From: Azolla caroliniana
Taxonomy: Eukaryota > Plantae > Polypodiophyta
Direction of reading: 5' to 3'
Length of the DNA stretch: 64,000 bases
Assembly (NCBI GenBank): GCA_043228905.1
Contig: JBHGNT010000005.1
Coordinates: 24,428,001 to 24,492,000 of the forward strand
A program made the position numbers and the translations under genes. Shown in pieces: positions 33,590 to 47,700 of this stretch. Within the stretch, counting starts at the first letter, position 1; the number at the start of each line of letters is the position of its first letter. The notes under the pieces are model-generated. The model was not told the origin of the DNA, ran no database searches, and saw nothing but the letters and a program-made list of their open reading frames with translations.

Positions 33590-36500
33590 TGTAGAAAGTA
33601 GCGTGCGGAAGCAAGTATGAAGACGGAACAGAAGGAAGGAAAAAACAGGTTCAATGGAGAGCTTGAGCTTACACGGTATACGCGGGAGAGACAGAGAGAG
33701 AGTAAGAGAGAAGACACAAAAACTATATTCAACAATAATACTCAATCTGTACATAAGACGTGCTCAGTGAGCACTTTTATACAAGTCCTACAAGGATTGA
33801 CCGAAGTACTTCAATGCTCATCAAGAGCTCCTACACTAACTCCCAAATATATTCCTCACGGAATATCTTTCCTAACGACCTCCCGGTTTACGCACTCGGC
33901 CTAACCGATCGGTCCCAACCGATCCGGTCCTCGGCTTCTTCAGCCGATCCGGCCGATGTTGAGCTTGTCTCTCAACACTCCCCTTCAAGCTCAACTTGAG
34001 GCTCTTCGGGATCTTCACAGCACTGGTTCCTCCTGGCTTCTCGCCTCGCTCGCGCTCCTCGACCTGTTCGACTCCGCGCGCTTCGACCCTTCCGGTCGGC
34101 TTGTCTGCTCATGTGGCCCTCATCAGCTCTTCTGTTGTTGCGGTGTTGACGCTTCTTTTGCTGCATTTTCTTCCGCTTGGGCCTTGGTTGATTCAGCGTG
34201 TCTGAATCAAACATCCGAACCGACTCGGCTACCTCCGATCGGTTTTCGCTCTCGTCCGAGTTGGCTGTCTCCAACTCGTCTTCGGTCTTCTCGCCCTCGA
34301 TGGCGTCATCCTCCTCATGCATGGTTGGCTTCGGCTCTCTCCTTCGGTTGCTCCCCTTCTGTCTGCTTCCGAACTTTTCCGCGGGTCCGCCCTCGGCTTC
34401 TTCAGCCGATCTGATGTCGAACTTGTCAACCGAGTCTACCGACTCAGACTCGGTGTCACGGTCTCCGCTCCTTTCCTGCTGCCTTGCTTGGTCGTTCGGG
34501 ACTGTTCTCCCCCTCAAGTTCGGCACGTCAAGGTGACGCAATCCGAGCGCACCTGAGAATTGCCGCAACTTGTCCAGACCAAGTGGCATGGTGAAGATGT
34601 CGGCAGCCTGCCGATCCGTCGGAACGTACTGAAGTTCGACTTCACCGGAAAGGACACGCTCACGAACGAAATGGTAGTGCACCTCAATGTGCTTGGTCCG
34701 TGCGTAGAAAACGGGGTTTTTCGCGAGCTGGATGCTGCTAAGGTTGTCACAGTAGATCGTCATCGGATCGGACACCTCCTCTTGCAGGTCCTTAAGTAGC
34801 CGCTTTAACCATATGGCTGCACATGTCGCGACAGCCGCTCCTCGGTACTCAGCTTCGGTGCTCGACAGTGCAACTGTCAGCTGCTTCTTACTGCTCCATG
34901 CGATCGCGGCACTCCCGAGGGAGAATGCGTATCCGGACATGGATCGGCGATCGGCGGTGTTGCCAGCCCAATCAGCATCGGTGTAGCCGACTAACCACGT
35001 GGCTGCACCGGTCCGATATAGCAGTCCCCGGTCCTTAGTGTCGTTGACATACCGAAGTATGCGTTGCGCACACTGAAGGTGCTCCTCGATAGGTCGCGCC
35101 ATGAACTGACTGATCACCCCGACCGGATAACTGAGGTCGGGTCGGGTGATGGTCAAGTATATGAGGCTTCTGACAATTTGTCGGAACCTCGTCAGGTCGC
35201 ATACCTTTCCCGTATCGGGACGAAGCTTGACGGTTCTGTCCAGGGGAGTCGAGACGGACTTACAGTCGGCCATCCCGAATTTGAAGAGCATACTCAACAC
35301 GTAATGACGTTGGCTGATCAATATGCCTTCGGGGGTACGGATCACTTCGATCCCGAGGAAGTAATGAAGGTTCCCCAGATCCTTCATGTCGAATGATGCC
35401 GCAAGCTAGAGCTTCACGTGGTCGATTTCACCTAGGTCAGCGCCGGTGATGACCAAGTCATCAACATATAGTAGAATACTAACCGGTCCGAGTCGACCTT
35501 TCCGGATAAACAGGGAACAGTCCGATTTTGACTTGACGAAGCCTATCCGACGCAGTTGTTGCGTGATCTTCGCGTTCCAGGCACACGGGGCTTGCTTCAG
35601 TCTGTAAAGGGACTTCTTCAGTCGGCATACTGCCGAGGAGTTTGTTCCAGAGTGAAATCCGGGGGGTTGTACCATGTACACCTGTTCCTCAAGGTCACCT
35701 TGCAGGAATGCATTCTTTACATCCATCTGATGTAAGTGCCACCCCTTGGCCACGGCTACTACCAGCAAAACACGGACGGTCGTCATTTTCGCGACCGGCG
35801 CAAACGTCTCATCGTAGTCGATGCCGTGTTTCTGCGTGTAGCCCTTTGCCACTAGCCGAGCCTTGTACCGGTTGACCGAGCCATCGGTGTTGTACTTGAC
35901 TTTGTACACCCATCTACAACCGATCGGCTTCACACCCTTCGGTGCGTCAACCAGGTCCTAGGTCTCGTTCTCTGCTAATGCGTGCATCTCTTCCTCCATC
36001 GCGGCACGCCAATTCGCGTCTTTCGCCACTTCTGCGTAGCTCTCCGGCTCACGCACTTCCGCTACACGGGTCATGTACGCATAATGATGCGCCATGTACT
36101 CGTTGTATCCGAATTGCAAAATAGGATTCTTCTGGCGGGTAGATCGGCGTAATCTCACATTAACCGATGTCGAGGCCTTCTCGGTCGACGCAGTCTTCAT
36201 CTTTAAAGACCCGTCACCGGTTCCCTCGGAGTCGGACTCGTGTCAGTCTGACTCGTTCCTTTCCGTGCGGGAATGTGACACCTTCTTCTTCCCTTTCTCT
36301 TTGCGCGTAAGCCGTCTCCTCGGCTTCCTGCGCGGGGAATGCATGGTTGAGTCTCCACTACTCGCCGGCTCTTCATCGGACTGGTCGTACCGACTCAGTC
36401 GTCCAATCGGTCCACTTAACCGGAGTGAAATTGGACTCTCTTCGCGGGTCTCGATTTTGGGCTCATCCGGAGGCATCTCGGCCTCGCTGACCTCATCGTC

Positions 36501-39277
36501 AGAGCTCGTATTGGAGTCGGGGTTCCGAGTCGGGGGGAGGTGCCAGGACGCGGACTCGTCAAACACCACGTCGCGGCTGACACGCGCTTGTTTGGTGCGA
36601 GGATTATAGCACTTATAACCCTTCTGCTCGTCCGAGTAACCGACCAAGATGCACTTCTCGGCCTTTGCGTCCAACTTCCTCCTTTTCTCCTTCGGTACAT
36701 GCACATACGCAATGCTACCGAACACCCTCAAGTGTCGCAAGTTCGGCTTCGTTCCGAAATATAGCTCGTGCACCGACACTTTATCTCCGATCCGGTTCTG
36801 GATGTATACCGCGGTCCTTACCGCCTCGGCCCAATAGAACTTGGGCAAGCTCTTCTCCTCCAGCATCGTCCGTGCCGCTTCCACAATCGACCGATTCTTT
36901 CTCTCGGCCACGTCGTTCTGCTCCGGCGTGTATCTACAACTGAATTCGCGGCGAATTCCCATTTGTTGTAGATAACCGTTGAATTGATCGGAAAAGTACT
37001 CTTTTCCGCCATCCGACCGCAGGCACTTGATCTTTCGACCCGTTTCGGCTTCCACGAACCCTTTGAGGTCCCGGAAACAGTCGAAGATTTCGCTCTTCCT
37101 CTCAATAAGGTACATCCACGTGTGCCGCGTGTGGTTGTCGATGAAGGAGACGAAATATCGGCTCCCGCCAAGACTAACGTTTTGTGCCGGCCCCCATACA
37201 TCGGAGTGTGTAAGGTCGAGCTTGTTCCAGCTCCGATTTCGCTCGTTGGGGAAAGGAAGTTGGTGTTGGTTCCCGAGCTGGCAGGTTTCACAAATCTGTG
37301 CCTTTCGGCCACTAAATTTGGGCAATCAGAACACTGCCTGTTTCGATTGCAGATCTTGAAGCCGTTGGTGGTTGACGTGGCCTATCCGCTTGTGCCACAA
37401 GTCGATGTCCGACTCGGTCTTTTGTCCCTTCGCGAACATTGCGGTGCCTCCGTCAGTGGAGTCGAGGATGAACATCCTCCCGTCTCTGCGCCCTTGCGCA
37501 ATCACACGGCCTTCTTCCTCAATGAAGCACCCGAGGTGTGTAAACCGAACCTCCATCCCTTGGTCGACGATCTGTCCGACCGAGACCAAGTTTTTCGTGA
37601 TTGTCGGAACGTGCAACACATTCATGAGTTTCCCTTTCTGCCCGACATGGCTAAGGGGAACTTCTCCGACATTCGCGATCAGATGCGGAGTGTCGTCTCC
37701 TGTTACGACTACTCCAGGTTGTATCGGTTTTTCAAGGTACGAGAACCACTCCTTATGGCTCGTCATGTGGTTTGACGCGCCGGAGTCTACGTACCACACC
37801 TCGTCCGATCTCGGGGTGGTCTGCTTCATTGAGTTTGCTTCGTGTCTCGTCACGAAGGCATTCCCTTCTCCGGCTCTCCCGGAGTCTTCGGCGTAGTGCG
37901 ATCGCTGCCGATTTCCCTTGTTGGTATGTCTGGAGCCGTTCCCGGAACCAGTTCTCTCCGAATCGGCGCGCTTCTTCCAGCACTCACTTTCCTTGTGGCC
38001 TTTCTTGCCACAGTACTAGCACTCCGCGATGGACTTCCCTTGCCGGTTCTCATCGCTTCGACTCCCCCTGTTTCCGGAGGGTCCGGAGTTGCGGTCGGGC
38101 ATCACTTCGGTGCCTTCTTTCTTGATCTCGTCGGCCGCCTCCATTGCGTGCCGACTCACCTCGTCCTCCATGTCCACGGGGCCTATCTCCCTCCGTGTAC
38201 AACACTTTCTTGTCGGTGTGCGTGCTTGTAGACGCACCCGCGTGGTTCTCCTCTACCAGGAGCATCGACTGTAAGTCGAAAAAGGACGGCGTATTCTCCC
38301 GGGTACACACACCCGTTCGGAACGCTCCAAACTTCGACGCCAAACCTCCGAGACAGATCTGGACCATCTCGCTCTCCTCGATGTTCACCTCTATGGAGGC
38401 GAGGGAGTCGCAGATATCCTTGATCTTCGAGGTATAGTCCGCCACCGATAAGTCGCGTTGTCGTAGGTTGCTCAACTCCTGTCGGAGCTGAAGCTTCCTG
38501 GCTGTGGTGCTCGCGGCGAAAATCTTCTTCAGATTTTCCCACGCACCCTTCGGCGTCTTTGCATCCCGAACATAGCTCAATAGCTGTTCGCCCACACACG
38601 ACGCGAAGCAGTATAATACCCTGCTCGCCGATTGCTCCCACGACGGGAAGTCTCTGTGTGTCGATTCGGGTGCCGCGTCATTAGCTCCTTCGACATAACT
38701 CCAGTAGCCGTGCCCGAGCAGGTACTGGTGCATCTTGTAGGACCAAGACGTGTAGTTGGTTCTGTCGAGCTTCTCTGTTGGAAGCGAGCTCGCCATGCCT
38801 CTATCCATCGTTCTTCTTGTTCTTCTTCGTCAAGCTGTGTCGACTGCAGAGAGGTTCTCAACCCTCGTGCTCTGATACCATGTAGAAAGTAGCGTGCGGA
38901 AGCAAGTATGAAGACGAAACAAAAGGAAGGAAAAAACAGGTTCAATGGAGAGCTTGAGCTTACACGGTATACGCGGGAGAGACAGAGAGAGAGTAAGAGA
39001 GAAGACACAAAAACTATATTCAACAATAATACTCAATCTGTACATAAGACGTGCTCAGTGAGCACTTTTATACAAGTCCTAGAAGGACTGACCGAAGTAC
39101 TGACAGTACTTCAATGCTCATCAAGAGCTCCTACACTAACTCCCAAATATATTCATCACGGAATATCTTTCCTAACGACCTCCCGGTTTACGCACTCGGC
39201 CTAACCGATCGGTCCCAACCGATCCGGTCCTCGGCTTCTTCAGCCGATCCGGCCGATGTTGAGCTTGTCTCTCAACA
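33590..39277 (-). mobile_element. C1: full-length Ty1/copia with several stops and frameshifts. LTRs 33590-33977 and 38881-39277, TSD CGCTC, tRNA-iMet PBS
   Basis: PBS TGGTATCAGAGC at 38869-38880; PPT at 33978-33989; gag [48 protein letters not shown]. The LTRs differ by a few substitutions and a 9-bp indel. Confidence 0.95.
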
Positions 39278-42200
39278 CGCTCAACCGTTGATAGTTTCCG
39301 ACTAGCATAGTACACTGGTCGGTACCAATTCGGCTCCGTGAGCTGCATCAACACACTACCTATTGCTATATCTGAGGCATCCATGAACACGTGAAATGGT
39401 TTTGCCCATACTGGTGGCTGTACGATTTGTGCCTGCGTTAGCATTATTTTTAGCGCATCATACGCCTTCTCTTCCGTTATTTTCCATTTGCAAGGAGTAT
39501 GGTGAATGGCGGCATGTAATGGTGTGGCGAAATCCGCCAAATAGCGTATCATCTGGCTGTGCCATTGTATTTGTCCCAGTAACCGACTTAGTGCTTTCGT
39601 GTTTGTTGGTATTTTTGCGTGGGTGATTGCAGGGATTTTGTTCGGATAGACCGTTATCCCCTCCTTACTGACTAATTGGCTGAGGAGAGCCCCATTGGTG
39701 ACGTTGAAGGCGCATTTGGCGAGAGTCAGGCTTAAGCGTGCAGTTCGGCAACGCTCCAAGCAAAGTTGTAGATGCGTAAAATGGTCGGCTACTGTCCCAT
39801 ATACCGCAAAATCATGTAAAAAGACCTACATGAAGGCAAGTATATATTCCCCAAAAATCTCCGTGATTGTCCGCTAGAATGTAGAGAGCTCCGTCTTTAG
39901 CCCAAACATCATGATGACCGCGACATAAACTCCCCAGTCCGTGACAAACGTCGTCTTCTCTTGGTCATCAGGGTGCATGCGTACTTGATTGTACCCACTG
40001 AAGCCATCTAGAAAGTTGTACATGTCATGCCCTGCGACGACATCCAGTGAAAGGTAAAGGGAACGCGTATGTGATGGTTACGACGTTCAATTTCCGGTAG
40101 TCCACGCATATCCGTATTTTGCCATTTTTCTTTGGTACGATTACTATCGGGCTTAGCCATGTAGCGTGTTTTACTAATCGAATGAATCCGGCCTTGAGCA
40201 GTTTGTCAATTTCTTCTTTTACGCAGGCCGCGTAATTTGGGTTCATGCGATATCGATACTATTGGACCGGTTTCGCATCGGTCGCTAAATTGATCTTATG
40301 TTGATAGAACTTTGGATCTAATCCCTTCATGTCATCGTGGGACCAAGCAAACACATCTTTATACTTCTTGAGTAGTGCTATCATCGCTTCTCTATTATCC
40401 GATAATAATTCTTTTGCCATGGAGAGAAATCGGGGGTGTGACACCGTACCCATGTTTATTTCTTCTAGGGCTGAGGCTGCGACTTGTCGTGAAATTTCCA
40501 TTTCCCTCTCGAACGCAGCCCGTGCTCTGATTAATTCTAATATTGACTCTGGGTCTAGTTCGTAAGCCTCGTCGTGGAGCGTAGTGGGCGTGGTGTACTC
40601 CGCCGCGGTTTCTATGACGTCGATTCAAATAGTGGAATGATCTGGGGGTGCTCGTCTAGGTATACTTCTAATTTTGTATCATCCACCCCAGCCAACATAT
40701 TTATATTTCCCACGTATAACGGTGTTATGCCCTTGGGTTGTGCCGCCATTTCCTTTGTGGGTACGTGAACCTTGGTGAGTCTGCGTCGAAAGCTGATGCA
40801 TTTATGTTGCCAGCTTTGTTTGATATTCACTGAACGAAGCCACGGTCTGCCAAGCAGCATAGGGTACGCTCCTAGGGCATCGAGGGCGAGGACCACCGTT
40901 GAGACGTCGAAGTGGTGTCCGCCAACGATAATACCTAACTTGTGTATTAAGCCTAAAGGCCGTACTGAGTGGGTATCCGCCATGCGAAGCCAAAACGGGC
41001 AAGCTTCCCGTTCTGAAATTCCCAATTGTTCGCATGTCTTCGTGCTAATTACATTGATGCCAGAGCCATCGTCGATTATGCATCTTGTGATTGCCTGACC
41101 GTGTAATATCAACTTAATAGCCGGATTATGGTGATCCACCATTGTTGGTCTGGCGCTGGTGTCTGTAAAGTTGGCGGAGACGCTTACCCCAGGTTTGCCT
41201 GTTATGCGATCCTCCATGGCCTGGTGGAACCGTGGGACTAGTTGAAGTAGCTTCTCCATGGTCAGTGTTATCTCGCAACTTGCCAGTGCTTGCCATAGAG
41301 GATCCGGAGATATCACCTCTTCCGCTAAGGGCTCCACATTGTTCGCGGACTCCTACCGCATGCGTTCCGTATTTGCCGCGTTCGTTTTTTTGACCCATGC
41401 TTGGTCCGTCTGACGTATCTCATCTTGCGTGGCCCAATCCACATTTTTTGTTTGTTGTCTTGTCGTGACTTGCTAAACTTCCGCCATAATCGTATTGACG
41501 GCGGACCCCTTGCCCTTGCGTAGTGGACATTGCGTGGCATAATGTTCGGGTTGTTGGCAAACGAAACAATGGACACTAGATTCGCCTTTCTCGGTAGTTG
41601 GTGGCGTGTTCCGATCCCCAGGTGTGACTTGCTCCTCCCGATCTTGGTTCGTTCTTCTGAGCGTTCGTGGTGGTGGTTGTTGGTCCCGGCGCAACTCCTA
41701 GTGCCGGTCATCGTCTGAACTTTCGTCATACCGCCGTTGGTCCCGATATTGACGATGTTTCCTGCGAGGCCCATTGAAGCCGCCACGTTTGTTCATTAGA
41801 CGGTAATTCTCGTAGCGTCGGCCTCCTTCATTATATCTGTGGTTGCCTTAGTAGTCTTAGTCCTCCAGCTCTTCTTCCTCAAAATCGTTGTTATTCCGGC
41901 GATTTCGGTAGTGCCGGTCATCGATGGGTTCTGATCCGTATACCGGGGTCGTTCTTCGTGGCGCCTTTGCTCATTACGGTGAGGTGGGCGTTGTGTTTCC
42001 ACGCTTCGTACTGTGGGGTTGGATATGTTCACCATATTGTACTCACACTGCTCGACCATGTGTGCTTTTGAGTGACAGATTGGGCAGTGGATTCGCATGT
42101 TGCATTCCACTGTAGAATGCCTCGAATTGAGACAAATTGTGCACTGGATTGCCTGGCAAAAATGTCATTCCTCGTCCTTAGGTAATGCTTGCCGTAATGA

Positions 42201-44735
42201 GGACATGGAAAACCTTTCCTCTTCTTTGTTCAGCTCTAGCTGTAGCGCTCGTTCTATGACCATATCAGTTGTTTCTCCTTATACACTATTGTTGTTGAGC
42301 GTCGTCTGTATCGGTCGTCGTAAAGATGCCAGAAATGTCTCCCGAGCCTCGTCCTCTATCGAGCCCCATTCTAATTTCCGCCGTAGACTTTGGAGGCATA
42401 AACTAAAATCCGCTACAATCTCGGCCAACAGGTGAGCGGGAAATCGTCTTTGTCCCACAAGGCATGCCAAAAGTGTTACCGATTAGGAACACGGTCTACA
42501 GTCAGTCCTTCTACCTAGACCTCAAAGTGACTGCGTTGCAACGAATTGTACCATCGTATTGTAATACGTAATGGGATACCTCCCCGTATCCTAGTAGCGT
42601 ATAAGGGAGACGGCTACAACCGAACTCCTTCGACACTGCACTAGTAACAACACTCGCACTCACGCCTACGCTCTTATGATTACAATACGCCACCAACAAT
42701 CACAGAAACACAATAGGTTAACCATAGATATGCACATGGATCAGAGAAGATAGAACTCTATTAAGATAACGCTCTATGCATCAAAATTTACACGCTACCT
42801 CTTACAGAGGATTTCTGCCCTTTATATACATAGGGTCTTTTAGTCGTTCACACTTCCCGTGTGAACTGTTACATGCGTTTCGTTTTTACTATATTCTATA
42901 TTTCTACGCTCCTGTCCGTTGGTTACTATTCTGGCGAACAACAGTACCCCGAGTATAGATCCCCGACCGAATAGATCGACCTCCCGGCAAAGGCCTTTGC
43001 AAACTTGTCGATTGTCGGTCCGACTCCTACATTCCGAATGGTCACTTTATTGACTGGCTACAGGTTCTGAATGAAGCGCAACATGTCGTTCTTCTTAGGC
43101 ACAGTAAACCACTGATTCGAGTATGGGGCACTCGACGGTTCGAGGATGCCCATCTCCACCTTCTGGTTTAGCAGCTCCATCAACTTCGGGATGTGAGCTT
43201 TGGGTATTGGCATCGGTTTGAGATTCCACGGCACATGCGGTAGCATAAAAATAAGCATCGGCTCAACGACCGTTGGGTCCACTTACCCAATCTCTTCCTG
43301 TGCCTCCCGAGCATTCTCCGAAATTGTTCCTCCTCCGCCGGTAGTAGGAAATGGTATAGGTGTGGGGATCCTCCGGGGTGTCCGGACTATCGTGGCCCCA
43401 CGCCTTGATAGCCCTCTCTAAAAATCCCCTCGCCTTTCGCCGCCGAGGGTCTCGTGGTTGCGGTCATGGTTCGGCCGCACGGTCAGGAATTGGATGGAGT
43501 GTCGTCCATATTGGCTCTTTACGCGTGCGTACGCCGAATCGTTATCTAGCACTTTCGTCTCCATACGCGTTGCCGTAATGTATGGTTCTCCGGGTATCAC
43601 CGGATGTGAGGATGTCTCCTGCACGAAGAAGTGTTGGTCGATCTCGACATCACCGATTTTCACCCGCACATTCGGGCAAGCCCCATGTAGCTCCTTCGTG
43701 GCGTGCGTCGCCGCTTGTATTTTCCACCCGTGCTTGGTGTTGATCGGCCACTTGCCTTTCTTCTAGAAGTCCATAGACATCAGGTTGATCTCCGAACCGT
43801 GGTCTACTAATGCCACCATCGGCTCCTGGACGTCCCCGATCCTAACCGGGGTCTCCGTAGTGGCTCTTGCCCAGTGCAACTTTGAATAGTGGCTTTCCGC
43901 CAACTTGTCTTCCAGGGCCATGTCTTGTAGGTGCGTCGTTCACACCTCCACCGGCCTCTCCGGCTTCGTCTCCGTCGAAAGTCTTTTTCGCTTCACCAAG
44001 TCCACGATGGAGTCATGGAATTCTTTCTTGGCAATCCCAAGCACTTCCCTTAGCGTCAACTCCACCTTGTTGTCGAGGATTCGTTCCTCAAGGACCTTTC
44101 GCAGGTCCGTTGTTCTTTCTATCTCGGTGCTCAACCGATAACCGGCTTTCTTTACTTTATCCGGTGTGCCGGCAGCACCGGTGTCATTTTGCTTCGGCCT
44201 GAACCAGGTCTCGTACCGCTGCGAGGGTTTGGCCCCTCCGGCCTTTCCCGCATGCTTGTCTTCTACCAGAACCTCGTAGTTCTGGCACGCGGCTTCCACA
44301 AAGCCGATCTTTTCTTTGACCGGATCGCTCCACCCAGTGACCTCTCGGACCCGTCTTTCCACACGGTCCGCTTCTTCCCTTCTCAACCACATGCTGACGA
44401 GGCCTTCTAGCACCACTGGCCAGAACCCGGAGTCTTTCATCTTCTGGCCTTCGTCATTGCCAACCCGGATTCCTATCGACGTCGTCGCTTCTTCCATCAG
44501 TCTCTTCATTCCTCCCCGTCCGATATTCAGCTCCAAGGCTCTCCAGGTCTCACTAGCGTGCACCCTCCCGTTCCATAGGTACACCACATGAGCCCTTATT
44601 GCTTCTTCGAAGTCCATGCAGTCCTTCTAGACGTGACCGACCGTGTCACACCACAAGCACCGATGCCCACCCAGAGGCCTTCAGTCGCGGGGCTACTCGT
44701 CGTCGTCCCTCCTTGCTTGTGCAATCTGGAGGTCT

Positions 44736-47700
44736 TGTAAAGAATCAATGGTGATTCTTGTGAAGTGGAATAGGTGTGAACTTTGTGTGTGTGTGTGTGA
44801 GATAGAGAGAGAGAGAGAGAGAGACACACACACACACACACACACAGAGTATACGCAAGGTTAAGTATATTAACAAAGGAGAAAGACACAACACCATACA
44901 AGGTGGGAGGAGGGTGCTTTATATAGTCACCCTCTCTCTTCATTAACTACAAGGCCATGAGCATGGGGAATGTGAAAGCTCATAAGTTATGTGTCATAGA
45001 ATATGTTCTATGACTCATACTAAATGCTAGAATACAAAGTGGTGACATAATGGTGACTCTTGACCGTTGGAGTGTCTATTCACTCTCAAGGTGAGTTCAC
45101 ACACTAGAACAAGTTGAGCTTGATTCTCAACATGCCCCCTCAATGCCGAGGAAGTAGTGGAGCTCCTTCATGTCCGTCATCTCGAACTTGTCGGAAAGGA
45201 GGGATTTGACCTTATTGATTTCGACGAGATGCTCACCGCCAATGACTAGGTCATCCACATATAAGATGATGACAATTGGACTTGCGTGTCCGATTTTGAC
45301 ATATGAAAGCTGATTTGATGAAGATATTGTGTTATCTTCTAATGCCAAGCATGTGGTGCTTGCTTGAGGCCATAGAGTGGCTTCTTGAGTCGGCATACAA
45401 CTTTCAGATGGGTGCTTGAGTTGAAGTCGGGTGGTTGTATCATGTGCACCTCCTCTTCTAATTCGCCTTGTAGAAAGGCGTTCTTGACGTCCATTTAATG
45501 GAGGTGCCACCCTTTCGCCGCAACAAGCGCAATTACGGTCCGTACCGTCGTCATCTTTGCCATCGGGGCAAAGGTCTCTTCGTAGTCGACACCATGCGTC
45601 TGAGCGTATCCTTTCACTACGAGTCACGCTTTGTAGCGGTTGACGGAACTGTCGGTGTTGTACTTCACTTTGTAAATCCATTTGCATCCGATCACATTTT
45701 TGTGCGATGAGGTGGGAACGAGATCCCACATCTCGTTCTTGCGTAGTGCCTGCATCTCCTCGTTCATGGCTTTGATCCATCACGGATCCTTGGCTGCTTC
45801 GGAAAAAGTTTCCGGCTCGCGTACTATCGCCACCTTCATCATAAAGGCATAGTGATATGCCATGTAGTCATGGTAGCCGAATCGGTTGACCGATTCTTTT
45901 CACGGGTGGAGCGACGGAGCTTCTCGTTTGCAGAGATGAGGGCTTTCTTAGCTCTGATTGGTACGTCGAAGCCGCCGAACTCACTGTCGAGTGAGTGAGT
46001 CGACTCATTGTCGTCGAAGCGATCGTCTTCATATTCTGACATTTTCGCCTTGCCTTTGTCCATCTTCGGGCTAGGCCGTGATGTGCTTTGATCGCTCAAA
46101 GGCTCTTGTGGTCCACTCAGTCGGGTCGTGATCGGACTTTCTTCGAACATGCGCGTAAGATGATCTTCATCCTCTATCTCTTGTTTAGCGGATTCCGGGT
46201 CGAGCGGAGTCGGAGTCGAAGTTGTCTCTGGTACGTACCAGGATGCGGACTCGTCAAAAACGATGTCTCGACTTACTCGAGATTTTCGAGTTGAGTGGTT
46301 GTAGCACTTGTACCCCTTTTGCTCCAATGAGTATCCTACGAGGATACATTTCTCCGACATCGGGTCAAGCTTTTGACGCTTCTCGTCGGGGATGTGCACG
46401 TACGCTATCACTCCGAATATGCGTATGTGCGATAAGTCTGGCTTCTTTCCGAAGTAATTTTCGTGCAGAGTGTGTCGGCAAGTGAATTCTCGCCGAATTC
46501 CTTCCTTTCGAAGATACGGCGTGAAATCGTCCGAGAAGTACTCCTTGCCACCATCCGATCGAAGACATCGTACATGTCGGCCCGTGGCTTTCTCGACTTC
46601 ATTCTTGAATTTTTGGAAGTGTTCGAACAGTTTGCTCTTTTTCCGCATCGGGTAGATCCAAGTGTGCCTGGAGAAGCCATCGATGAAGAGCACGTAATAT
46701 CGGCATCCGCCGAATGTAGCTGTCTGCACCAGTCCCCATACGTCGGAATGGATTACGTCGAGTAGACCTTTGCTCATGTTCCGCTCTTTCAGGAATGGGT
46801 GTCGGTGTTGCTTGCTGAATTGGCACGCTTCGCATACACCTTCAATCTCCTTCTCTTTGAATGTTGGGAGTCCGATGACAACTCCTTTCGATTTCATTGC
46901 TTTGAGCTTTTGAAGATTTATATGGCCAATACGCTTGTGCCATAACTCTATGTCGGAGTCGGCTTTCATGCCCTTTGCGAACATGGCAGATTTCATCTTG
47001 TGTGAGTCGAGAATGAACATTCGGCCCTCTCTTCGTCCGCATGCGATGAGTCGGCCCTCTTTTTCAATGAAGCAACCGCCTTGATTAAATCGAACTTGCA
47101 TCCCTTGCTCTACAATTTGGCCGACGGAGACCAAATTCTTCGTAATGGTCGGTACATGTAAGACATTTTTAATGTAATTTTTCTTACCTTCTTTTCCGAA
47201 CAGAACATTGCCGATGTGCCGAATCGGGTGTGTAGTGTCATCTCCGGTTTCGACATAGCCGAGTCGGTCCGGCTCTCGAAGTTCTCAGAACCATTCTTGA
47301 TGCGATGTCATATGGTTCGAGGCACCGGAATCGACGAACCATACATCTTCCGGACTGGAGGCACTAGTTGAGGTAGAGGCCGACATAGAGTTTGCTCTAT
47401 GTTTCATCATGAACATTCCGCCACGGTCGGAGTTGCGTGCATACATTCCGCCACGATCTTCGTAGTCGGAGTTGTTCCCGTACATTCCGCTATACTCTTC
47501 CTAGTCGGAATTGTGTGCGTAATTCGTGAGTTGTCAGCTTGTGGAAGCTGATTCACGCATCTTCTTTCGGCACTCTTCTTCATGGTGGCCGAGCTTTCCG
47601 CAATATCCGCATTCGGTTGCGTTTTGACGGCTCGGGCCGGAGTGGAAGCTCCCCCTTCTTGCGAAGTTTCCTCGTTGGCCTCCGTTTTGCGGCCAAATTT

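Larger units (their letters stand above)
17180..42943 (-). mobile_element. G3: full-length but decayed non-chromovirus Ty3/gypsy (Athila-like RT/INT). LTRs 17180-17649 and 42474-42943 (470 bp), TSD GTACC, tRNA-Arg-type PBS
   Basis: Both LTRs TG...CA and visibly diverged (~90-95% by eye). PBS TGGCATGCCTTGTGGGAC at 42452-42469. CCHC knuckles (CPICHSKAH, CFVCQQPEHYATQC), protease IIDDGSG, RT ICVDYRKLN, RH DASDIAIG, INT DFVGP/YYPQANG. Confidence 0.92.
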
